Positions 46,455 through 64,000 of a DNA stretch of 64,000 bases are shown in pieces. The DNA comes from Guillardia theta CCMP2712 (lineage: Eukaryota; Protista; Cryptophyta), in the NCBI RefSeq assembly GCF_000315625.1, contig NW_005434582.1:82504-146503 (forward strand), given 5' to 3'. Each line of letters starts with the position of its first letter. Position 1 is the stretch's first letter. The position numbers were made by a program, and so were the translations under genes. The notes beneath the pieces are model-generated. The model worked only from the letters and a program-made list of their open reading frames with translations. It was not told the origin of the DNA and ran no database searches.

Positions 46455-49400
46455 TTGTCAGTACCTGCTCGATATCATGTCAGAGACGAAAGCATAACCA
46501 TCATAGAGCTAGGAGCGAGTGGACATGGAGCTCAGAGGCGCGACAACATTGTGAGAAATTCCGCTGCAACCCAAACGCAACAGAGCAGGCGCAACTCAAC
46601 ACAGAACGGAAGGTATCAGGAGGACGGGGTTGGGGCCATGAGTTACCGTAGCAGGAGGACCGCCGGGCAACTCCAGTGACAGGCAGGAAGGAACCAACGG
46701 GGCGCAGCGGGACCGGAGCAGGAGTGCAGAGAGCTGTAGAGCAGGTGAAAGGGGAGGAGATGGTTCTCGGTGCGTCACAAAAGAAAGGGGGTGGGTCCTG
46801 TTGGATCTGGTACGGGAGTTTGTACCGTCGTACTATCTCGAGGGGGCCCTGGTAGAAGGAGATATGAAAAGATTGTACCAAAAATTTATATGTACTTGTT
46901 AAATGTGTACCGATTGACCTTTGAGAAGGATTGAGAGATGATGCCGCATTTACCAGTTGGCTGTTATTGTTTTTAAGTTTATTGTGAATCTTAATCCGAT
47001 TTGTGTCCTGTCATCCATTTCACCCGAAAATAGTTTATATTTTATTGCATCAAAACTGTGTTCAGAAATGCTGGCTATTAAACGTCAATTGTACCGTAGA
47101 GATTCTCTCAATCATCTTCTGTACATTCTCTCGCTGCCTCTGTGTGTTATGACCTCTTATTTTGCTTGCGCCAACTCTATCATAAATGCACCACCCCCTT
47201 CTAAAATACTTATAGTTTTAGGCCACAAGTGTTTTAGAAGAAGGACCCGGTCCTAAAAATCGAGGGGGGTACGATCACTGGATAAAAGGGGGTGGGTAGT
47301 ACAACAGTTTGCAAGAATGTGTATTTTTAGGAGGACCGTTCATTGATGAAGAGGGGGTGGTACCCTCCCCTACGATTGTAAAAGGGGGTGTACAGATTGC
47401 AAGGAATGACACATTCTTCAAGGGTGGGGTACTTGTATGAGAAAGTTGGGGTACAATCTAGTCGTCGGGTGGGTAGTTGTTCGAGAGCATGCCTTCCAAA
47501 GCATGTTTGGGGAGAGTGAGGTTTATGGGGTGGGGGTAGTAGGGGGGCGCAAAGGAACCTATCGAAGGTCAATTCTAATGAAGTGGGTAGGGTCTCGATA
47601 AAACGAGGAATTTTGTCTGAAAAAGGTGGGTCCACAAGTGGATATTAGAGGGTACAAAGGCGAAACGTAAGTCGTCAACAGGGGTAGGGTGAGAAGAGGG
47701 TGGGGGGCCGCTTCTGGGGTGAAACAATAATACATTTTCTTCGCCATAAGAGTTATTTTCTGAGAAACAAAAAAACAAATAGACGCCTAAATCGATGTAA
47801 ATTTGCTGTGTAAAACTTTGTGATACTTCTACGTACTGGGAGATTGAAGGCTACATTGTTTTATGTGATTTTATTATATTTTATGAGCTCTTTGTCATTG
47901 TATGATTTAGTCGCGGCCGCTGAGGCGCCGGGCGCCGGCCGGGCCGGGGCCGGGGACCCGGGCCGGCGGGGCGGGAGTACGGTCCCGGGCCCAGTCGGCC
48001 AGTCCGTCACCGCCCGGCCGGGGTGCAGAGCAACGCTGAGCCGGCGGCGCGCTGCGGCGCGCGGCTGCTGCACCGAGTCGGAGCGGCCGGTCCGGGTCCC
48101 GCCCCCCAGGCCCGGTGACTCAGCGGGCCCGCCGGGCCCACTGGGCCAGTGGGTCACTGGTTGTCGGATCGGACTCGATGACTCCAACTTAGGCAAGTTA
48201 GTCACATCCTCGTCGGAACTTCCTGAAGTTCGCCGCTGTCACCGTGACTGCCGGGGCACTGGCAGTCACTGCTGGCCCGGCGGGCCGGCCCGGGCCGGCG
48301 GCCGGCGCGGCCGGGCCGGGCGCCGCGCCGAGCTGCTGACCGTCCGGCCCCGGACCGTGACTCGCCAGTGAGCCTCGGAGTCCGACGATCCATCCATCGG
48401 CCGGCCGGGCAGGCCCGAGGCGTGCGGCCGCGCCGGGGCCCGCCCCCGGACTACGGTCGGAATCGCAGCCGGGCCCGCCGCGGGGCCGGGCGGCCCGGCT
48501 GCGGCGGGACTCACTGTCCGTTCCCGGCGAGTCCGCCTACGAGTCCGCTGCGGCGGCCGGGCGGCGCGGCGGAGAGTCGGACTCCCGGCGGCGCGGCCGC
48601 CGAAGTTGCCAGAGCGGCGGTCCGATCAACGCTGATCGGAATCGGCGGATCGGACTCTGATCGGCTCAGAGTCAACTTGGCAAGGCTGCGGCCCGGCGGC
48701 TGAGGGGCGGCCGGCCGGCCGGCCCTTGCTGACAGTACGGTGTCTCACTCACACAGAGTCAGGCTTATATTAGAGATTGCCAAACCTGAAACTTGAAACT
48801 TTCAAAATCAGTGAAAACTTTGAGGACGGGATCCGGGCGTGGCCGCCCGGCCGCATCAGTCATCCGTTGCCGCTCAGCTTCGAGCTTCCGACTCTCCGAT
48901 CGGATCTCCAGGCCCTCGGAAAATCTTGACTCTCAAAGGCCTTATGATCGTATGATTCAACTTTCACGTATCGCCGCGCACTGCACTCAGCCTGGCCAGC
49001 GGCGGCCAAGTCACGTGAGTTTGCCGAGATCCGTGATCAGTCAGGTACTCCCAACCGTTGAGCTTCCAGTGGTAAGAACGGTCAGCCTGCAGTACCGGCA
49101 TCATCCGGACTTGTCCGAAAGGGTCACCGTGACCCCGGGAACGCTCCAGAGCGCAGTGTTGAGGCGAGCCCTCACTACGACCCACCAGAACCCCCACCCA
49201 CCGGACGTACGAAAATGTTGGGCAAACCACGGGTCCGTAACTTTAGGACGCAACGAAGTGAGGGAGAACCGTGACCTTGCTGACAGTCAATTTACTCCTG
49301 GCTGACAGTTGCGACCGGTGTAACGATAAAAAAAGATATTTTACCGTAGTACGTCGTTTTACAGGCCGGGCTCTGCGGTACCAATCCTGAGGGCACTTTA

Positions 49401-51304
49401 CTACATGGTATGGTGGCTGAGATATCTACCCCAAGACCTCGTAGCGCCGCCGCCCTTGAGGAGGTTTTGCCCCTTTGTCTCGTGATTCGAACCTCGCTGT
49501 CCTTTGCTTTCCGTCCTCCTCCATCTCAACAACGTGATCAGAAAGGTGCCAGGAAGCAGTTCTCAGCAACAGAGAGGCATCCCATCGGTTCACGTGTCAT
49601 CCACTTTCACTGCAGTTGTCTTGGAATGTGGAAAAGACTGCTGATCTCCCTCACAACGGCATTGACAACCATCCTTATGATCCTCTCGGAGATTTGCTTT
49701 GAGGAAATTATGTCGAACCTAGATCAAACAATCGGAACCTGCCCGGAAGTAAGAAATGATATGGTCCTATCAAATACGGGGTCTTTCGACAAACGAAAAT
49801 TACTTCGACCGCAATTCGGTCAAACTTTCATTGTACGAAGAGTTTCCTGCATGAATACATAACTCAATTGGATGAAAATTGTATCAAAACCTTCAAAATG
49901 ATTTGAACTGCTCCGCTTTCAATGTTGAGCAACTGCTGAAGTGCAGGAAATTATACATCCGTTTTCGTAAAATTCCACTCGTTTCACCTGGATCCTGCAG
50001 GTCATTACAAGGTATTCTTGCCCGGCATCAACTTGTCACAAGTCAGTCAGTTAGCCACGAGTAGAAGTGAGTGAATGTGTTTGCTCCTTTCCTCTCCCAT
50101 TCCCATTTATTATTCTTTTATACTCAGAACTATGTTACGAAATTGTTCATCAATGAAAACATTCTGAGAAATCCTGATGATCCAAACACTCAGTCCAGAT
50201 CAGGCATGTTTTGCCTGTTCTCATCTGAAGTTAGTTTAATCTTGTAGCATCGAAGGAAGAAAGTGTGACATTTGTGCAACATCGAAAGAACTCAGTTGAA
50301 GCTCGTGGAATGGCAGCGTTGGCTTTTCAAGTTTCTTGATCTGACATACGAACTATGGTGTGAAACAACATTATCAAAGTTTTGCAACTTGTAGACTCAC
50401 TTTGTGAGCGGTGCAAAATTGCCAACTATATTCGTTTCAAATTGATTTCAGGAGAATTCACTTTCTTTGTGATTGTCAGTCCGAGAGTACACGAGGGTAG
50501 AAGTTGAGAGCACACGAGTGAAGTTTTGCAAGCCAGCAATGAAGAAGGAAAGTTGCATTCCTCACAGAACAGCAAAAAATTGATCAGAAAAGCAAGGCTT
50601 GCGAGTATTGAATCATCGAATTAAGATGCAGCGGACAGGTCAAACCTGAGAGTGGGTACTTCATGCATTCAAGAAGTACACTGGAAGTTCGAGATGTACG
50701 AGACATATGGCAGGAAATTCAACACAGCATGAAGAATTGTAATGTTCCGTCTGGAACTTGAATGTCGTTTGATGTCATTCGAGCCCTTTACACTAAGTTG
50801 ATCCGTCATGGCAACTGACTTGACAGACTTCTGAATGAGTCAGTCATTCAGTCAGTCAGAGAAAGAATAAAAATCGAGGAGTCTAAGAAGAACAGATTCG
50901 ACTGTGACCTACTGACTGATGAATCGTAAATCAATCTCTACAAAGTTGAGAAACAAAAGACAGCTCCCTGTGTAGACAAGCAAGCAAGAAAACGATTTCA
51001 AAGCGTTTCTTCACTATATCTCATATTGCGGGTAAAGCATCCTCCATCTCCAGTATGTTCTATACGTTTCCTCGAGTACTTGGGTTGCGCATCTCATGCG
51101 GACATGACGGCTTGACTGGGCTGACTGCGGACTTGCAAGTGCCGACATGTCGTGTGATTGTCTACCTCCTCCTCCTCCTCCTCTGGTCCTCCTCTGGTCC
51201 TGCTGCTGGTCCTGCTGCTGGTCCTGCTGCTGGTCCTGCTGCTGGTCCTGCTGCTCCGGCTCCCTCTCCCCCTTCTCCGTCTCTCGTATAGTCCGTAGCT
51301 CCTG

Positions 51305-51835
51305 TTACATCCCCAGACTGCCCCGCCAGTCCCGTCCCCCTCTCTCCGCCTGCTCGAAGAACTTCTGAGCGTGAGACCGCACCTGCGCCTCGCTCCTGGT
51401 CCCCACTGCTTCCGCAATCCTCCTTGCTGCTCCTCTGCCCAGCCCCACCCTCAGCCTCCCTCGCTCATCTCTGAGCCCCGTCACCTGCCGCACAGACACA
51501 TTCCTGGGGAGAGCCTCGAGGAAGCAGACTTGCTCGTCCTGCGTCCACATGCGACGGGAGAGCTGGGCTTCGTTGGGGCATGCAAGAGTGAGATACGAGG
51601 AATCTGTCCCACCCGAAGTGTCTGCGGGAGACTTGAAGGAGTTTGGGGGAGAGGAAGCGAGGGTTGGGCCAGAGTCTGAGAAGGGCGAACGTTGGTTGAC
51701 TGTGCAGGAAGAGGATAGGCTGTGAGCTGGCGACAAGCTCGAGGAGGAGGATGGAGAAGAGTAGACGTCCTCTGGGTAGAGAGCTGCGATCGCCTCATCG
51801 ACAGTGAGCTCGGTTGCCATGATTGCGCTCGACAT
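51305..51835 (-). CDS. SHAQKYF-class Myb transcription factor
   Basis: RRMWTQDEQVCFLEAL...IAEAVGTRSEAQVRSHAQKFF. Confidence 0.88.
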   Translation of the reverse strand: MSSAIMATELTVDEAIAALYPEDVYSSPSSSSSLSPAHSLSSSCTVNQRSPFSDSGPTLASSPPNSFKSPADTSGGTDSSYLTLACPNEAQLSRRMWTQDEQVCFLEALPRNVSVRQVTGLRDERGRLRVGLGRGAARRIAEAVGTRSEAQVRSHAQKFFEQAERGGRDWRGSLGM

Positions 51836-52072
51836 GCTGTGGGTGCGCGTGTGGAGGAGGGGAATAGATGTCGAAGCGTTGCGAACTGAGACATCAAGGT
51901 CTCAAGATGCGGCTTTTCAGATGATAAAGACTCAGTATGCAACGTTTGGGAAGGCAGTGCTGCGAACTGAAGTGTTTTCAATGGGGATACTGGGAGTTGC
52001 GATCCAACCGGTTCCAAGACAGAGGCTCATAGGGAACGGAGGAGGTTTGCAAGTAATGGGGCGAGATGTTCA

Positions 52073-59476
<7,404 letters not shown>

Positions 59477-61182
59477 GCTTCTTATCTCTCGAGCCTGCTG
59501 TGGTCCAAGTCAGGACAAGCTTCTCGTTGCCATTCAAGATGTTCAAGATAGTAACAGATCGGTTCCAGTCCTTTCCACCTCCACTCGTCATCGCTACTCA
59601 AGCTCGAAACAGGGTGATGGTGATATGAAGACACCAGAGATATGTAAAAACTGCAACTTGCAACGCAACGAGAAGACACTTCATATCATCAAATGAGCTA
59701 TCATTAAAGTAAGCATGACAGAACTACAGGAAACGTTCAACAAGAGAAAGGATACAACGACAGTCCATATATTCATCCTCGTAGACCTCGCTTCCTTGTT
59801 CACGAGCTCCTGCTCCCTCTCTTCCTTTCCCTTTTCCTCCTTCTACTCCTCCTCCTCCCCTCCTCCGCCTTCTCCTCTTGCCATTTTAAACGTATCTGTG
59901 TGTCAGCTACGCCATGGGAGGCGCTCCTGGAACGGGGGGCAATGATAGGGGTGGGTTAAGATATTTGGGGGGTGGGGGGTAGTATAGTACCCACTCATCC
60001 TAGAAAATAGATCAGGTTTTTGTTAGGGTCTACACTGTCTTGAAAGGGTGCTGTCACAAAGGCGGTATCTGAAATAGGGGTAGGGGTGGGGGTTATAAGG
60101 GGGTAGGGTTGAGCAGGCGCAATGGAGCCTGTCACTCGTCGGATACGAGTAACAGACGGTCGGTGATTTTTACTTAAAGGTAAGTGAAAAACAGTACGAG
60201 GACAGTGATCCGACTCGAGACTGCTCAGATCAGTCAGTGGCACCCGGCGATCACGGTGAGGGGCGGGCGACGCCGCCGCGGCCCGTGATCCGGAGGGCCG
60301 GGGGGGAGTTCACCGTCCGATCACGGGCACTGCGCACAGAGCGGCGTACCGGCATACGGGTGACTGTGAACATCAAATTCACTGAGTCGCGCGCGCGCAT
60401 CATGGCATCATATGATGACTCGGCCCCGAGTGCCGCACCGCCTCCACCGCCTCCACAGTCTCCACCGCCTCCACCGCCTCCGACACGACGATCATCGGCA
60501 ATGATGGCCCGGCATCACTTCGAAGTTCGCCGAGTCGGATGCCGGCCTGGCGCCCGCGGCCCGGCCGGCACTCAGGACTCCGTCACGGTGACACGGCCGC
60601 GCGCGGCGGGACTGTTGAGCACAACGGTTCTGTAACGATCCTTGTTGAATGTGTAGCGGTTTGTAACGGCTGTTTCGAAGGCGGCAGCATGTCGGGACTG
60701 CGGGGTTGGGGCTGCTAAAGTTGAACCAGGTGATGAGAGGAGGAGGAGGAGGAGGAGGAGGAGGAGTGATGAGATGCTTGATGAGGATCAGGAGGAGGAG
60801 GAGGAGAGCAGCAGTAGGATGGAGGGAAACAAAAAATGAGGCTGGTATGGAAGAAGAGACCCAGTAGAGTAGGCGGCACGAGGGTTTTGTTGCCTGGCAC
60901 AGGAGGCTGGATAGGAGGTTTTGAAACAAGAGGCAAGGGAAACGATGATAGCGAGGAGACAGCAGAAGCTTGACGATGAGAAGACAAAGACTCTTGCGCG
61001 AGAAGTGTTGTAGAGAGAGCTTACATTGCAACGAGGGTGTGCCTGAAGAAAGGGGGATCCGAGCAGTAGAATGGTGAGATTGCGATTCAAGTCTGTCAGA
61101 CGTGCTGGCAGGTTAGCAGAGAGCGTAGATGTAAGAGGAGCAACCAGTGCCGAGAAGATTTTTGACATGAGTAGCAACTAGT

Positions 61183-62737
61183 GTGGAGAGTCTGTGGGCA
61201 AGGGAGGAAAAACTGGTGTTGAAATATCGTGATGTCCTCATCCAGGTCTTTGCTGGATTTGGTGAGAATGTCCCGCCCGGCCTTGCAATCCCGCGCGACT
61301 CCAATGCAGAGAGGATGCTGCAGCAGCGAGGGTTCAAAGATACCTTCCTGTCCGATCTCCGGTCTGTTACCACCAGTCTTCTCCTCCTCACCTTCTGCCT
61401 TGCAGGCTGGGAGTGCCAAGGTACGAAGCGGAGGAGATGCAGACGGAGCAGAGCACGGGAGTTCCGTCCTCGGACGCCGTCGACCGAGGGCTGCAAGGGT
61501 TGTCCATGGAGGACTCGACGACTGGCCGCACATTGAGCGCAATTTTCGAGTCTACAGTTCTTGACTTTGACATGTACCTCGATCAAGATCTCGAATGGTA
61601 TGTTGCCTCCTCCCTCTCCTTCCCTCCCAACACTTCCTCCCTCTCTCTACCCCGTCCCTCTCCCCTTCCCCCCTCCCTCCCCATCCCCTTCCCCGCACTT
61701 GTACCCCTTTCTGTCCTCCCCTCTCCCTCATCCGTTTCCCCTTCGCCGGGGTTGGTTGCTGGAGGAGAATGACCGTTGAGCAGGAGCTGGAGCTTCGACA
61801 AGGTGCAGGACTACCAGGAGAGCATCACATGCTCGGGAGCGTTCTCTGGAATGTGCGAAAGCGAAGACAAGGCAACGAAGGAGGAGCTACGAGCCAAGGA
61901 CAATCAAGACATGGCAAGAAGCAAGAGGGAAGCAGAGCTTGCTCTGGAGGTGACAAAATGTTCCAATCCTGTCTGAGCTTGTGCTGTCTTGTAGCCTGTC
62001 CACTCCTTCGTCCGCTCCTCCTCGTCTACCCTCTTTCTACTCTACCTCCTTTTTGCTCTCCCCGCCTGTGGTTCCCCTTCAAATCTTTACCTTTCCCCCT
62101 TCCCCCGTTCTCCTGTCCGAGTCTCAGACTTTCCGGCACGTCAGGTCGCCAAGTTCAACCGTACGAGATTCTCCAAAGGCGCCATCATCCCCCTGGCACA
62201 CAACCTCGCGCACGTAGAGGTTGATCCCTCCCTTGATCCTCCTTCTCCTTCGTCCCTTCCCCTCCCTCCCTTCCCTCTCCTCTCACTCTCCTTGCCTCCT
62301 CCCCTCCCTCCCTCTCCGCCCTTCTCGTCCCCTGCCTCCTCCTGCTGAACCCTCGCGCAATCTCAGGTCTCAAGGTCCCTCCTGTCGGAGGCGGCTCAGA
62401 TGCAGCATGCTGTGAAGCTCATCTACGACATCGTGGACAAGATCGTCTGCAGGTCCTGGAGCCTGGCAAGGCAGGACGGGAGCGCTGACGTCAGAGCTGG
62501 CAGATGCGTCCTCCCAGGAGGGGAGGAATCCTTCCGTCCTGAAGGCTACTTTGGGCTGAGGACGAAGGTTGAGCTGCAAGACGGCCTTTGCAACTCTTTC
62601 TATCAGATCGAAGAGATCAAGCAGGCCGAACTACTGCAGGGCTCGCTCCGGTGACCAGCAGCATTGATTTGCCCCTTTGATCCTGCTTCCCCTGACCTTC
62701 CCTGCTCTCACTCATCCTTCTGCTGTCGTCCTGCGTG

Positions 62738-62836
<99 letters not shown>

Positions 62837-63700
62837 CTTTGCTTCTATGGAAGCTTTTGCCTATATTTTCGTGCACTTCTCCGCATCTCATCTATCAATC
62901 GCTGCAGTTGATTTCTTCTCTCGTGTGATGAGCTCTATCGCAGATTTCTTGAGGAGAGTTACTGGCAGTGGCTACGAGACGAAGTCTTGCCGTCTGTCCA
63001 ATCTCAAGATCCATCACTCTCTACAGGTGAACTCCTCCCTCCCTCCCTCGATCGATCGATCTCTCCCTCTCTTCCTTCCTCTCTCCATCCCTGCCTCCCT
63101 CCATCCATCCATCCTTCTCACTTTGACCTCCTGCTCCTTGGGGATCCTCGTTGTTGGTACTCCTCCTGTTAACCCCGCCCTCCCTCGTCACCGTCGCCCT
63201 TGTCCTGTATTCTGAATTGTCATGACGCGTCATCGCCGGCGGCAGGGGCCAGGAAGGGAATGTCAGTCGCCGTTGGCATAGTCAGAGCATGGGTGAGATG
63301 GTTTCTTGGAGACGCGCAGGAGCAAGCAGGTGAGCATCGTCACTTGCACCACTTCATCAATCTCTCTTCTCCTCCCTAGCTCCTCCTCCTCCTTCCTCCC
63401 TCCTGCCTTGTCCCTCCTCCTCCCTTCTCCTTCCTCCTCCCTAGCTCCATCTTTCTCCTTCTTCTACTCCTCCGCCCCTTGCTTTACAGCCACCACCTCG
63501 TGCTCCTCCTCCTCAACTCTCGCTGTCACTACTTCGTCCATCTCCTCCTTCATTCTTGTTTCCTCGCTCTCGGGCAGTGACGTCAGAGTTGCAGGGTGGG
63601 AGATGGCTGTCTTCGACAAGAACGACCAGGTTCCGCTATGGCCGCAGGTCAAGTCTTGCTTGTCAAGCTGAGATGTCCAGCTGAAGTCCAGCTTGGGTCA
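61183..63700 (+). CDS. Probable multi-exon hypothetical gene; boundaries approximate
   Basis: Protein-like plus-strand segments (61413-61597, 61781-61949, 62368-62640) flanked by pyrimidine-rich introns. Confidence 0.4.
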
Positions 63701-64000
63701 GGTTTTCTTCCTCATTCGTACGGGGCATTACATGGATGCCTTGTCCATGGTTGATAGGTGAGGAGGAGGAGGAGGAGGAGGACCAGGAGGAGGAAGATGA
63801 CAGGATATGTTCACAGGCATTCATACCATCCCGTGATCAAAGTTGCGCTGCGATCTTGGATCAACAGTGGGGGGAGGCATCGCATGGGGTTGACGGCTAC
63901 AGGGAGAGATGGAGGAGCCGACGAGAAATTGTCTTCCCAGCTCGACACAGAGTTCTGCGAGCACGGTCATGACTTACCCCCCCTCCCAACCCCTCCCTCC

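Noticed and set aside
47820-49305. ORFs in GC islands (also 17629-18052, 30281-30869, 60237-60635)
   Set aside because: Stop-poor composition gives R/G/P/A-rich peptides in all frames.

Overview
Eukaryotic nuclear DNA with many short GT-AG introns, microsatellite-filled long introns and four 100-N gaps. Gene content and bipartite targeting peptides suggest a cryptophyte alga such as Guillardia theta; this is an inference. Recognisable genes are a GPATCH11-like G-patch protein, a HIG1/Rcf1 protein, a plastid-targeted cNMP/EF-hand/PTOX fusion, a DUF427 protein, a METTL21-family methyltransferase, an ankyrin-TKL kinase, an intronless Ser/Thr kinase, a SHAQKYF Myb and a GT5 starch synthase. There is also a 2.7-copy tandem array of a 2.6-kb unit carrying a 300-aa gene, a copia RT relic and an inverted copy of part of the gene. 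The main finding is the DUF427 gene (34241-35582). It has an in-frame TGA at the conserved Cys position, phase-compatible downstream exons and a canonical-looking type II SECIS right after the stop, so it is a candidate new eukaryotic selenoprotein family. Secondary findings are the Ca2+/cNMP-domain PTOX, the self-hairpin gene array, footprint-like micro-insertions, and recurring GC-rich islands with a shared ~38-bp border motif. All alignments and folds were done by eye.
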